Positions 9,538 to 19,596 of a stretch of 64,000 nt of DNA are shown here, piece after piece. Below the pieces are notes generated by a model. That model was not told the origin of the DNA, ran no database searches, and worked only from the letters and a program-made list of their open reading frames with translations. Made by a program: the position numbers and the translations under genes. Position 1 is the stretch's first letter, and the number at the start of each line of letters is the position of its first letter. Source of the DNA: an uncultured Gemmatimonadales bacterium (GTDB taxonomy: Bacteria; Gemmatimonadota; Gemmatimonadetes; Gemmatimonadales; GWC2-71-9); assembly GCA_963828735.1 (NCBI GenBank), contig CAWHFW010000005.1, positions 2,272,001 through 2,336,000 on the forward strand, written 5' to 3'.

Positions 9538-10317
9538 TTACTGCTGCTCGCCGATGAGGGCGGTGAGCCCGCCGGTCGCGAACCTGGGAAGGTCATCGCC
9601 GACCTTCTTGAACGCCGGGGTCGCGGTGCCTTTCTTGAGCTCATCCATCGAGTTGAAGCACAGCTCCGCCTGGCGGTACTCGGCCGGCGCCGAACCGTCG
9701 AGGTTCGACTCGAACCGGGTCAGGTCCGCGCGGGTGAAGCCGATCTCCGGCTGGCCCGTGCCGACGAGCGGCAGATGCGTCTCGGAATAGTAGGACTCGA
9801 AGGCCGCGCTGTCCTTGGGCGCGTTGTAGATCACGGTGACGAGCGCCGGGCACGCCGCCGAACCCTTCTCGCCGGTTTCGACTGCCACCATGCCGAGAAG
9901 GCCACCCGTGGCGAACTTCGAGAGGTCGTCGCCGACCGCCTTGAAGCCCGGGGTCGCCATGCCCTTCTTGAGGTCGTCCATGGAGTTGAAGTACAGCTCC
10001 GCCTGCCGGTAGAAAGTCGGCTTCTTGCCGTCGAGCGTGCTGGTGAACTTGGTCAGCTCCGCCTTGGTGAATCCGATCTCCTGCTGCTTGCTGCCCACGA
10101 GCGGCAGGTGGACCTCCTTGTAGTACTTCTCGAACGCCGCCGGATCCTTGGGCGTCTTGTAGATGACCGTGACGATCGCCTGCGGCCCTGCCGGTGCGGC
10201 GGGCGCGGCCGCCGTCGCGGTGTCCGCGGGCGGCGCTTCGGCCGGCTTGTCGGCGGGCTTGCTGCACGCCGTCGCGAGCGTCAGGGAGGAAACCAGCCAG
10301 ATCGGAAACCGTCGCAT
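9538..10317 (-). CDS. Lipoprotein with two tandem EthD-like domains
   Basis: Signal peptide with LATAC lipobox, Ala/Pro linker, two copies of VTVIY..PKD.AAFE.YY.E.HLPLV...YRQAEL.FNSMD.LKKG.ATP.FK.VGDDL..FATGG. Confidence 0.85.
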   Translation of the reverse strand: MRRFPIWLVSSLTLATACSKPADKPAEAPPADTATAAAPAAPAGPQAIVTVIYKTPKDPAAFEKYYKEVHLPLVGSKQQEIGFTKAELTKFTSTLDGKKPTFYRQAELYFNSMDDLKKGMATPGFKAVGDDLSKFATGGLLGMVAVETGEKGSAACPALVTVIYNAPKDSAAFESYYSETHLPLVGTGQPEIGFTRADLTRFESNLDGSAPAEYRQAELCFNSMDELKKGTATPAFKKVGDDLPRFATGGLTALIGEQQ

Positions 10318-10351
10318 CGCTTGCTCCTGGGGTCGGGGAAAAGGGATTCTG

Positions 10352-11326
10352 TCAGCTCGGGTAACACGACGCGGTCAGCACCTCGGGATTCAGGTGCCCC
10401 GCGTGGAACGTCCGGCCACTCTCGGTACTCGTGAGCCATACTTCCGCGGGACTGAAGAGCAGGGGGTCGATCTTGTAGAAGTCGCCCTCGTACCGCTGGA
10501 AGATCTCGTAGAACGGTGTGCCGTAGTCGCGGGATGCGGACGCCGGGACCTTGGGCGCCAGCTCCGCCAGCTCCGCGTCGCTCGCGCGAACCGTGTAGCG
10601 CGCCTGCCCACCGTACAGGATACAGTCGTTGGTCCGACCGATGGCGCGCAGGTCGTTCTTGGCCACGGGTGCGATCGGCGCGGTGCCTATCGCGCTCACC
10701 ACGCGCCGGACGTCGAATCCCAGCGTCTCCATCTTGTGCAGGCCCGTTTCCAGGATCCGGGCCGAGATCTGCACGCCGCCCGCGAGGCTCGCGGTCGGCG
10801 CGACCACGAAAGTGAGCTGGGAGGGCTGCAGGCGGGCCTTCTCCGCCACCCAGAAGGCCACCGCGTCGGTGGGGAGGGTGCGCCCCTCGAGAACCATCAC
10901 GCCCTGGGCGGCCTCCTCCGCGTAGTCGAGCTTCTCGAACAGCTCGCGCTCGACGCGTGCGTGCGCCCGGAGCGGGCCCGATCCCATGGCGAAGAACTTG
11001 TCCACCGAGATGGCCCACCCCGCGTACTGCGAGGCCATGCACGAGACGGCCGGGTGATCGGTCCACACCGTGAGTCCGGGCCACGCCTCGCCGCCGACCT
11101 GAATCGGGGAGTAGGTCACGTTGCCCAACCCACCCATGCAGATCTCGCCCAGCAGAAGCCCGGCGTCGTAGCCGCCTTCGATCTCCACTCCGGCATCGAT
11201 GACGCGCGCGCCGCTGGGGAGGGTCCGGGATCGCACGCGAAGCGTGGCGGCGTGCTCCTCGAGATGATCTGCGATCTCCGTCGCGAGCTCGTTCATCTGG
11301 AGCCCGGTCGTCGTCACGCTGTCCAT
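10352..11326 (-). CDS. mch: Methenyl-H4MPT cyclohydrolase
   Basis: EICMGGLG, SQYAGW, GSGPLRA, GRTNDCILYGG, DFYKIDPLLFSPA. Confidence 0.96.
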   Translation of the reverse strand: MDSVTTTGLQMNELATEIADHLEEHAATLRVRSRTLPSGARVIDAGVEIEGGYDAGLLLGEICMGGLGNVTYSPIQVGGEAWPGLTVWTDHPAVSCMASQYAGWAISVDKFFAMGSGPLRAHARVERELFEKLDYAEEAAQGVMVLEGRTLPTDAVAFWVAEKARLQPSQLTFVVAPTASLAGGVQISARILETGLHKMETLGFDVRRVVSAIGTAPIAPVAKNDLRAIGRTNDCILYGGQARYTVRASDAELAELAPKVPASASRDYGTPFYEIFQRYEGDFYKIDPLLFSPAEVWLTSTESGRTFHAGHLNPEVLTASCYPS

Positions 11327-12075
11327 GCGAGAATCTCTCCCTTGCCGAGTTCGGCGAGGTCGCCACTGTAGCGGCGGTAGAAGCCCGTGAGGTGCCGTCC
11401 CTCGACAGGCAGACTGTAACGCGTCTTGAGCCGTGACAGCATCAGGCGCAGGTGGACCGGTTGATAGGTGCAGGCGTACCGATACGTAGCGGGAACGGTC
11501 AGCTCGCCGAGGGCGACGAGCGAGCCCCGCTTGGACCAGAGTCCGGCCGGGTTCGCCACGGACCCGAACGCGACGATCGTTCCGGCGATCATGCCCACGC
11601 CGGCGTGATCCTCCACCGACCCGCCCGCTACCAGGAGCCCGCGACGCATCAGCGCCCCGGCTTCGCGCCCGAGCGAGCCGTGCACCACGAGCTCCCCGCC
11701 GGTCATGCCTCGCCGAGCCTCCGGCGCAGCGGCTCCCGCCCGAGCGCCGGCGCTGCCGCGCACTTCGATGCTGCCGCCCGACATGCCGATTCCGACCTCG
11801 TCCCCCACATCACTGTCGACCACGACGGTCCCCTCGGTCAGCCCGGCACCGACCCTCGTCGCGCGAGTCCACTCTCCCGTGAGGCGGAGGCTCCCGTTCG
11901 GCTCGCCGGACAGGTCGCACAGGTCGCCGAGGGGGACCAGGCCGCGACCGGCAATGACGACCGGACGCCGCGCCAGCTCCGCCGCGGACCAGCCGGTCCA
12001 CGTCCCATCCAGCACGGCCGAGCAGTCCGCGGGCGCGGCGAATGGCGACCGGAGCCTGGCCTCGAGCCCGCTCAT
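11314..12075 (-). CDS. fhcC: Formyltransferase/hydrolase complex subunit C (FwdC-like)
   Basis: GXGXXG beta-helix repeats (GIGMSGG, RGMTGG, MRRG), C-terminal GDLAELGKGEIL. Confidence 0.9.
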   Translation of the reverse strand: MSGLEARLRSPFAAPADCSAVLDGTWTGWSAAELARRPVVIAGRGLVPLGDLCDLSGEPNGSLRLTGEWTRATRVGAGLTEGTVVVDSDVGDEVGIGMSGGSIEVRGSAGARAGAAAPEARRGMTGGELVVHGSLGREAGALMRRGLLVAGGSVEDHAGVGMIAGTIVAFGSVANPAGLWSKRGSLVALGELTVPATYRYACTYQPVHLRLMLSRLKTRYSLPVEGRHLTGFYRRYSGDLAELGKGEILAWTA

Positions 12076-12971
12076 GTCGCACCGTCCATGATCTTCCGCA
12101 GATGAAAATGGTGCGGGCCGAGCTTGCCCCCGTAGTTGCCCGCCGAGATGGAGACGATCCCATCGAGACAGGCGGCGCCGATGCCGAGCCGCATGGCGCT
12201 CGCGATCGCGTCCGGATCGGTGCCGTTGATGACGATCTCGAGCACCGAATTCACGGTCTCCGGCAGCGCCGTGGCGGTGATGGCGCGGAGCGTCGGGCAA
12301 AAGGCGTCGTTGGTCGACGCGATCATGCTCTTGATCCGCCGGGAGCCCACCTTGCTGCCGCTCCGGACGACGCCGCCGGGAAACGGGAGAATGACCCCGG
12401 GATGACCGCGCATCGCCTCCACGGCCGCCTCTGCCGCGGCCAGCGCCGCGTCGGCCGAGCGGCCGAGGATGAGGAAGTTGCCCCCGCCGACGCCTTTCAC
12501 CATGCCGAACTTTTCCTGGACGACGAACTCACCCTCCATCACCGGGATCCGCCAGAAGCGCTCGCCGCCGATGACCTTGCTCGACTGAAAGCCGTCGCCG
12601 AAGAATCGGAGCGCGGACCCCACACCGAGCCGGTCGGGCGCATCGGGCAGGCCGTCGAAGCAGGCGGTTGTGGGGCAGGTGAGCACCGTCTGCCCGATCC
12701 GTTCGATGAGGCGTTTTGGGAGGTCGTCCTTGCTCATCGTCATCAACAGCATGCTCATGCCCGGCCGCCCATCGGGCGTCTCGCCCTCGGGCAGTTCCCG
12801 CTCGATTCCCGCTTCCACCTTGCAGCCGATCACGGAGGTCGCGAAGCCGGTCAGCTTGAGCGCGGCCTCGCGGACCCAGCGCGGGCTCCGGCCCGTGATG
12901 ATCACCCGCGCCACCCGCATCGTGAACGCCTCGGCGAAGGTCTCTTCGATGAAGACGCCGCGGATGTTCAT
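12072..12971 (-). CDS. fhcD: Formylmethanofuran:H4MPT formyltransferase (Ftr/FhcD)
   Basis: TFAEAF, ATSVIGC, TPDGRPG, VLTCPTT, GGVVRSGSKVGS, SAGNYGGKLG. Confidence 0.96.
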   Translation of the reverse strand: MNIRGVFIEETFAEAFTMRVARVIITGRSPRWVREAALKLTGFATSVIGCKVEAGIERELPEGETPDGRPGMSMLLMTMSKDDLPKRLIERIGQTVLTCPTTACFDGLPDAPDRLGVGSALRFFGDGFQSSKVIGGERFWRIPVMEGEFVVQEKFGMVKGVGGGNFLILGRSADAALAAAEAAVEAMRGHPGVILPFPGGVVRSGSKVGSRRIKSMIASTNDAFCPTLRAITATALPETVNSVLEIVINGTDPDAIASAMRLGIGAACLDGIVSISAGNYGGKLGPHHFHLRKIMDGAT

Positions 12972-12978
12972 CGCCGCC

Positions 12979-14632
12979 TCAACCCGTGACCACCGGCTCG
13001 CCGGGCAGGTCGCTCACCGCATAGTTGTCGAACGACACCGTGGCATACCGCTCGAAATGACGCCGGAGGTCGGGCAACACCGCGTCGTCGTACCCGGGAG
13101 CCACGCGCAGGCGGCGGCCGGCGGGGGCCCGTCGCAGGTGACCCTCCTCGACGATCACCAGGCCGTCCTTGATGACGTAGCGCGGCGTCGAGAACATGGC
13201 GGCCAGGTCCGCATTGCGGCTGTAGATCGTCACATCCGCGTCGGCGCCCGGCCCGAGGTGGCCCTTGGCCCGAAGCCCGAGAAGGCGCGCCGGCCCGGCC
13301 CGCGTGATGATCGCGATCTCGTTCAGGGTGTACTCGCGGGCGAGCCCGTCCGCCAGGGCGCTCCCCGCGACGAGCTTGGGGTTCACCCGCTTGAGCTGCT
13401 CATCGCGCACGGCCCGGTCCATCAGGAGCTGGATCAGCGCCGGATACGAGAGGAACGAGCCGCCGTTCGGATGGTCGGTGGAGAGCACCACCCGCCATGG
13501 ATCCGCGCTCAGGAGGAACAGTTCCAGCCCGACCGCCCACTGCAGCGCACTGACCGCCGCCTTGTCCTTGTAGATCAGCGGGACGATCCCGCAGCCCGTC
13601 TCCAGCTCGATGTCGATGTTGGTCCAGCGGCGGCCGCTGCTCTTGTGAAGCAGGTACTCGACGGGCGCGTCCGCGGTGATGGTCGTCGCGGGGCCGAACA
13701 TCACCTGGCCCACGTCGACGCTCACCTCCGGGTGCGTGTTGACGTAGTCCATCACCTCGGACGCGGCGGAGCTCCACGGCTGGCCGCCGCCCCCGCCGTA
13801 GCAATGGAACTGCAGGTGCGTGAAGTGCGCGCGCCGGCCCGCCACGGCTTCCATGCTCGCCAGCGTCGTGGCGGCGTTGCCGGCCACGCCGAGATTGTTG
13901 CAGTGGATGTGGACCGGGTGCGGCAGACGAAGCCCGTTCGCCGCGTCCGTGAGCGTCTCCAGGATCGTCCGGGGTGTCAGGTCACGGCCGCTCACCGAGT
14001 CGTCGATGGTGGCGACGTTCCGCTGTCCCGTCTTCCACGCCTCGATGCCGCCCGGATTCACGATCTTGACCGCGTATCCGCCGGTCGCTCCCAGAAGCCA
14101 CGCCGCGTAGTCGCGCGCACGATCCCGTTCGCCGGCCTCGATCTGGCGCAGGAGGTACTCGTCGTTCCCCATGAGGACGAAGATGCCGCCGTCGACGCAC
14201 GGCGTGTCGTCCAGCTCGCTGTGGCTGTGCCGCGCCGTGAGCGGCGCGACGGCTGCGTCGAATGCCGTGGTGTAGCCCAGGCCGGCGTACCGGTATCCCG
14301 TCGTGAAGGTGCTCGGAACCGTACCCGCCCGTCCCCGAGCGGGCGAGCGGCTGGTCGTCGTCGAGCGTCGGTGCCGGCGCGGGATCGGCGGCGTGCTCGT
14401 CGGGGATGAGCCGGCGGGCGTGGTTGCAGCTGGAGCTGGCGAAGTGGGAATGGATGTCCACTCCGCCAGGCATCACGACCATGCCGCGCGCGTCGAGCGT
14501 CGGCGCACCGGCCGGGAGATCGGCGACGATGCGCCCATTCTCGATGCAGATGTCGCGGACGTCGCCGTCGACGCCGTTTGCCGGGTCGTGAATCGCGCCG
14601 CCGACGATCCGAAGCCGCGTCGGCGCGCTCAT
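12979..14632 (-). CDS. fhcA: Fhc subunit A (FwdA-like amidohydrolase), one frameshift near 14323
   Basis: DPANGVDG, DIHSH, then +1 shift to TVPSTFTTGYRYAGLGYTT, KIVNPGG, HIHCNNLG, HLQF, STDHPNG. Confidence 0.92.
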
Positions 14633-15906
14633 CCGAGCCTCCGCGCGCCACGCGCGCGAAGCGCCGCGAGCAGCGCCGACAGCACGTCCACCGCCGTTCG
14701 GGTCGCGGGGAGCGGCGGGCGCAGCGGCAGCGGAATGTCGTCCATCCGATACGCGGTCCCGCCCTCGTGAATGCCCGGCGACGCCGGTGTCGACGGCGAC
14801 CCGCGCCGGAAGCTTCGCCTCGCTCGCGCGGGGACCGATGATCACCACGGGAACGCGGGTCGCGACGGCAGCGATCTCGTCGACAATGGCCGCCGCCGCG
14901 CCGACCATCAGGATAGCGCCCGCTTCACGCTGCCGCATTCGCGACCCCCCGGGAAGCCGGCGTGTATTGCGGGTAGCCGGGTCGATAGCTGATGGCGATC
15001 GGGTAGCCGGTTTGCGAGGTGAGCACCATCTCCGCGCCCGAACGATTGCCGCCCGCTCGGAGCGAGCTGAGCGCGGCGCGCGTCGGTCCGTTCAGCGCCT
15101 CGGCCAGCGCAACAAGTCCTTCCGCCCGATAGCCGTCTCGGTCCTCGCCGCCAGGCTCGGCATCGTGCACGACGGCGGCGTAGCGCGCCTTCGTAAGGCG
15201 GCCAGCGATGTCGGCGGCCTGCTGCAGCGATGCGGGCAGCTCGCCGAGCGCGTTGCCCAGCGCCACGGCCCGCATCACCGAGAGCGCTGGGATCTCCTGG
15301 TCGGGGCTTAGCGAGAGCTCCACGTCCAGCACCCGTCGGGCCTCGGTCCCGGCCGACGCTCACCGCCATCACGGTGCGCCCGGCCCGTCCCTTCGGCACG
15401 TGCGTACCAGCAGGCTCCGGCGCGTACCGCGACCAGTATCGCGGGTAGCGCTCGCTCGGGTCCACCGCCCAGAAGAGGAGCATGTCCGCCCGATTGCGGA
15501 TCTCGCCGAGGGTAGCGGCCGCACGCCCACGCCGCTGCGCCACCAGAAGGCCCGCCGCCGCCGGCTCCGACGTGGCTGTCTCCACCCGCGCGCGCAGCAG
15601 GTCGGCGAGCGCGAGTGACGCGCGCTGCGCCTGTGCGCTGATCTCCGGAGCCAGGACGACCAGGACATTTCCCGTAGCACCGGCCAGCACGTCGGCGGCG
15701 TCGGCGATCGCGGCATCGAGCGGGACCTCCTGTCCCGAGCGACGCACGGCGGTCGGGACGCTGCCATCGGCGAACCACGTCCTCGCGAGAGGGCACGGCG
15801 GCGAGACGTTGGTGATCGCTGCGCCCGAGACCTCGACGACGAGGTCATCGCAGCCGCATCCGCAGCCCAGGCAGGTCACCGCGGCGATCCGCGTGGTCGG
15901 GCTCAC
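14629..15906 (-). CDS. fhcB: Fhc subunit B (FwdB-like), three frameshifts (~15328, ~14948, ~14775)
   Basis: CLGCGCGCDD, TLGEIRNRADM, GGNRSGAEMVLTSQTGYP, DTGVAGIHEGGTAYRMDDIPLPLR assembled over four frame segments; coupled to both neighbours. Confidence 0.85.
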
Positions 15907-17057
15907 GCCACCCCCCGTGCGCGCCGTGCCGTCGCGTGGTACACGGCGTCCGCGGCGGCGGCAAGCGCCGCGGTGCAGCGGTCGCCGTCTGCCGCATGGG
16001 CGAAGACGGTGCAGATGGGGCGCCCGGCGGCGATCCGCTCCCCGGGGTGCGGAACGTCGGCGATCTCGGCTTTCCACCGCGCCGGATCCCCCACCAGGAC
16101 ATCGTGCCGCGCGAACACGATCGCCTTCCCGCAGACGCGCACGCTCGGCTCGGGAGCTTCGGGCAGCGTCCCGGCACAGGCATCGAGATGCGCTCGAAAG
16201 AGCGAGAGGCCGGTGGCGCGTTCTACCAGCTCCATGGACGCCGAGTACCGCGGGTTCACCTCGATCGGGTAGGGCACGCCGTTCCGGGCGATGAAATCGA
16301 TGCCGTTGAGCCCTTGCAAGCCGAACGCCGCGGTCACGGCATCCGCGAGCGCCACGGCACGCCCATACAGCTCTGCCTGCCGCACGAACAGCACTGTCTT
16401 GCGGGCTGCGAGCAGGCTGCCGCAATAGCGGAAGCCCTGTGATCCGAACGCTCGGTGGCCGACCAGCTGGCGTGTGAGGCCGAGCGTCACCGCCCGGCGG
16501 CCGTCGGCGACGAAGATGATCGAGCCCGGCGGGCCGGCGATCCGCTCCTGGAGGTACGCGCCGCGCGGCACCGGTTGTCCGCGGCTCCACGCTCGCGTGC
16601 CGTGCCCACCGCCCGACCGTCTCGGCTTGAGCAGCCACCGACGAGCGTCGAGCGACGGCGTCGGCACGCTCGCGCGGGTGATCGGCACGGCGACCCCGGC
16701 GGCCGCGAGCGCCCGAGCGAGCGCCAGCGGGTTGCGGACGCGCGCGAGAACCTCGGGTGGGTTCCCCAGCAGGCGTCGCCCACGCGAGAGCACCGCGACG
16801 GCGGCGGGATGGTTTTCGAAGTTGGAGGTGTAGGCGATCAGCTCGGCGCTCACGCGGGAGGCCGCGCGAGCGGCTGTTGCGGCCCCGTATGGGCGCGCGC
16901 CCTTGTGACGGAGCGGTACGACGTCCGCGACGGCCCGGAGATCGAGGTCGCCGAAGGCGTCCACCACGGTCACCCGATACCCCGCGCGTGCGGCCGATTC
17001 GGCGAGCGCGCGGGTCGAAACGCCCGCCAGCAGGATGTGACCGCGCCGATCAGACAT
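15903..17057 (-). CDS. ATP-grasp ligase (OrfY-like, methylofuran polyglutamate biosynthesis)
   Basis: STRALAESAARAGY..VDAFGDLD, LKPRRSGGG, GLNGIDF, EVNPRYSAS, DVPHPG..PICTV. Confidence 0.8.
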   Translation of the reverse strand: MSDRRGHILLAGVSTRALAESAARAGYRVTVVDAFGDLDLRAVADVVPLRHKGARPYGAATAARAASRVSAELIAYTSNFENHPAAVAVLSRGRRLLGNPPEVLARVRNPLALARALAAAGVAVPITRASVPTPSLDARRWLLKPRRSGGGHGTRAWSRGQPVPRGAYLQERIAGPPGSIIFVADGRRAVTLGLTRQLVGHRAFGSQGFRYCGSLLAARKTVLFVRQAELYGRAVALADAVTAAFGLQGLNGIDFIARNGVPYPIEVNPRYSASMELVERATGLSLFRAHLDACAGTLPEAPEPSVRVCGKAIVFARHDVLVGDPARWKAEIADVPHPGERIAAGRPICTVFAHAADGDRCTAALAAAADAVYHATARRARGVA

Positions 17058-18102
17058 CAGGCAGGCCCAGCCGTCGCCGTGCGGTGGCCGGTGCGATGAC
17101 GTGCAGGTGGTCGAGCACCGTTCCTGTCGCCTCCCGAATCCTGAGTCGGTCCACCAGGCCGCGGTGCGTCCCGCCGGCCAAGCCGTCGGCGAGGACGGCG
17201 GCGCCCTGTGCCCCCTGCTTGGCGCACGCGGCAAAGCCCGTCAGCGTCAATACCTCGCCCAGATCCGCGATCGCGGCCGCCACCCGGCGCCGGATCTCGG
17301 GATCCGCGGCATGTCGCCCCGAGAGCAGGATCTCGTCGGCCTCCGGCGCGGCCGTCCGGAGAACGCGCACCGCGCGGGCGGCCCCTTCGATGTAGGCCTC
17401 GAGCGTCGCCTCGCGGAGGGTCGGGTCAGCTCGCGAGATCCGCTCCACGCCACCGTCGAACAGCATCCCCTTCGTCACCTCGGCCGCGAGGTATGCCACC
17501 TCGCCATCCAGTGCGCCCGCGGCGCGCCACCCGATCGGCCCGCTGGTGCCGCCCAGTCCATCCACGATCTGCCCGCGCTGGACGGCGAGCGCGGCCGTGA
17601 ATGCCCCACCCAGTTCGAGCAGCACCAGCGAAACATCCTCCGGACGACGACCCCGCTTGGCGCCGCGCTCCGCGATCGCGAGCGCGGCGGCACAGACCTT
17701 GTCGGCCGTACCCAGGTCGACCCGGTTGAGCTTCCGGTGGCGGGGCACGGTGTCGAGGTGCACCACGCCGGGCGTGAGCATCAACGGCAGGCCCGCCTCG
17801 TCGAGACGCCGCGTGAGCGCCCGCAGGCCGCCGATCCCGCCCGTTTCACCAGGCGATGCCAGGAACGCGAGCCTCAGGTCGTCCTCGCTCGCATCGCGGG
17901 CCATACGGAGAGGCAGTCCGTACCCGGAAGGGCCGACCACCAGTTCGACGGGGCCGGCGGCGAGCAGGGCGCGCACCAGCGGACGGACATCCGCCATCAC
18001 GTCCGCCGTCGGCCAGCTCGCATCGAGGAAGAGGCGGCCGTCGTCGAGGCCGCAGACGTCGAGGCTCAGCGTGCCTGGGTCGATTCCCGCGACGCGCGGC
18101 AC
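17050..18102 (-). CDS. DUF1464 family ASKHA-fold (butyrate kinase-like) protein
   Basis: GIDPGT.S.D, GPSGYGLP, PGVVHLDTVP.HRK.NRVDLGTADK, GQIVDGLGGT, KQGAQGAAVLADGLAGG. Confidence 0.82.
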   Translation of the reverse strand: MPRVAGIDPGTLSLDVCGLDDGRLFLDASWPTADVMADVRPLVRALLAAGPVELVVGPSGYGLPLRMARDASEDDLRLAFLASPGETGGIGGLRALTRRLDEAGLPLMLTPGVVHLDTVPRHRKLNRVDLGTADKVCAAALAIAERGAKRGRRPEDVSLVLLELGGAFTAALAVQRGQIVDGLGGTSGPIGWRAAGALDGEVAYLAAEVTKGMLFDGGVERISRADPTLREATLEAYIEGAARAVRVLRTAAPEADEILLSGRHAADPEIRRRVAAAIADLGEVLTLTGFAACAKQGAQGAAVLADGLAGGTHRGLVDRLRIREATGTVLDHLHVIAPATARRRLGLPDV

Positions 18103-18106
18103 CGAC

Positions 18107-18979
18107 TCACCGCTTCTGTTTCACCATCTCCCGTGCCACGTCCGCGATCGCCTCGGCGTCGAGGACCAGATCGTTCCGGGTGAAGAGCTTCGCGACGCAC
18201 GCCTTGTGGAGCTTGGTCTTGAAGTTGCCCACGCCGAACGCGCCGAACACCGTCACGCCCTCCCGCTCCTCGCCGGCGTCCTTGACCTCGACGCCTTCGA
18301 TGCCGAGCGGCGGCACGGCGTTGAGGTCCACCGCGATCTTGAGCGTCTTGACGCTGGTCCACGCCGCTTTGGGCACCATCTGCACGCCGGCCGGACCGGA
18401 GTTGAGCAGTACGTCCACGCCATCCAGCAGTTCGGGCAGCTTGGACGGATCGCTCATCGCGACGGCCTTCACCTCGACGCTGAAGCGGGCGTCGATGAAC
18501 TGCCGCGCCTTGTCGCCCTGCTCGGGCTTGCGCGACGTGATCGTGACGCGCGCGCCGTCCTTCGCGAGCAGTCCGGCCGCCCGCTGGCCGACCGGTCCCG
18601 TGCCCGCCAGGATGAGAATGTTCTTGCCCGTGAGATCCCCGAACAGCTCCTCGATCTTGACCACCGCGGCGACCGCCGTGGTGTTCGAGCCGTTGGAGTC
18701 GAGCATGATCGAGACGCAGAACGGCGCGAAGAGCGAGTCCTGCGCCATGGCGAGGAGCTGCTCGCCGGCCGACATGTTGTTGCCGCCGATCCAGACCGCG
18801 GTGTTGTGCAGGTCCTTGGTGCCGCGGGTGAAGATGCAGCCGTGGATGAGATCGCGGACATCCCCTTCGGTCACGCCGCCGTAGCTCATGATCGCGTCGG
18901 CACCGGCATCGTAGGCCACCACCTGGTCGAACACACTCGGCAACCGTGAACTGTCGAGCTGGAGCAGAAGCTTTCGCAT
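18107..18979 (-). CDS. mtd: NAD(P)-dependent methylene-H4MPT dehydrogenase (MtdA/B/C family)
   Basis: PSVFDQVVAYDAG, IFTRG, DSNGSNTTAVAAV, GTGPVG, DLNAVPPLGIEG; alternative start 18991. Confidence 0.93.
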   Translation of the reverse strand: MRKLLLQLDSSRLPSVFDQVVAYDAGADAIMSYGGVTEGDVRDLIHGCIFTRGTKDLHNTAVWIGGNNMSAGEQLLAMAQDSLFAPFCVSIMLDSNGSNTTAVAAVVKIEELFGDLTGKNILILAGTGPVGQRAAGLLAKDGARVTITSRKPEQGDKARQFIDARFSVEVKAVAMSDPSKLPELLDGVDVLLNSGPAGVQMVPKAAWTSVKTLKIAVDLNAVPPLGIEGVEVKDAGEEREGVTVFGAFGVGNFKTKLHKACVAKLFTRNDLVLDAEAIADVAREMVKQKR

Positions 18980-19015
18980 CGCCGAACCCATCTCCGTCCG
19001 TCAGAAGGTCCTGGG

Positions 19016-19054
19016 AAAAATACGAGGGGCGGCCCGACCTCGGGCGCCCCTCGT
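19016..19054 (-). terminator. Intrinsic terminator/attenuator between fae and mtd
   Basis: Hairpin ACGAGGGGCG-GCCCGA/TCGGGC-GCCCCTCGT followed on the minus strand by ATTTTT. Confidence 0.7.
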
Positions 19055-19083
19055 CGACACGCCGGGAATGCGGGACTGTACGA

Positions 19084-19596
19084 TCAGCCCTCGGCGCCGC
19101 TGGCGAACGGATGCCGCGCGGCCTTGTACTTCGAGAGCACCTCGTCGACGGTGGGCGTGCCCTTGAGCGCCCGGGCGATCGACTCCTTCACCGCCTGGTA
19201 GTTGAAGGAATAGATCTTCTTGTCGTCTTCGGCCTGCCAGTGGATAAACACGCCCACGAGGATGCAGAGGTCGTTCGCCTGCGTCTTCGAGATGACCCCC
19301 TCGTTCACCGAATCCATGACTGCGCGGGCGACGGCCGCCTGCGCCGGGCCGAACATCTGCACGGCCTGCTTCGCACCCTTGATGGTGACCTTGTTGAAGA
19401 GCAGCGTGTCCGGCTTGCAGGGAAGGTTCGGGGTTACCACGGCGAGAAGAGTGGAGAAGCCGTCTTTGTTGTTGGAGAGCGCGTGGGTGAAGGCTGCACC
19501 GGCCGACCCGGACTTCGATCCGATGATCAGGTCGATATGCGCAATCTCGTTGCCATCGCCGACGAGCGACTCACCGATGAAGAAATCCGCGGCCAT
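19084..19596 (-). CDS. fae: Formaldehyde-activating enzyme
   Basis: [46 protein letters not shown] before ATG 19596. Confidence 0.97.
   Translation of the reverse strand: MAADFFIGESLVGDGNEIAHIDLIIGSKSGSAGAAFTHALSNNKDGFSTLLAVVTPNLPCKPDTLLFNKVTIKGAKQAVQMFGPAQAAVARAVMDSVNEGVISKTQANDLCILVGVFIHWQAEDDKKIYSFNYQAVKESIARALKGTPTVDEVLSKYKAARHPFASGAEG

Noticed and set aside
12979..15906. Programmed frameshifting or true pseudogenes in fhcAB
   Set aside because: Multiple single-base insertions, no slippery-site pattern, motifs intact; sequencing error is more parsimonious
11314..15906. Methanogenesis or CO2-reducing Fwd
   Set aside because: Bacterial context, fae/mtd present, no fwdD/F/G, mcr or metal-ligand motif
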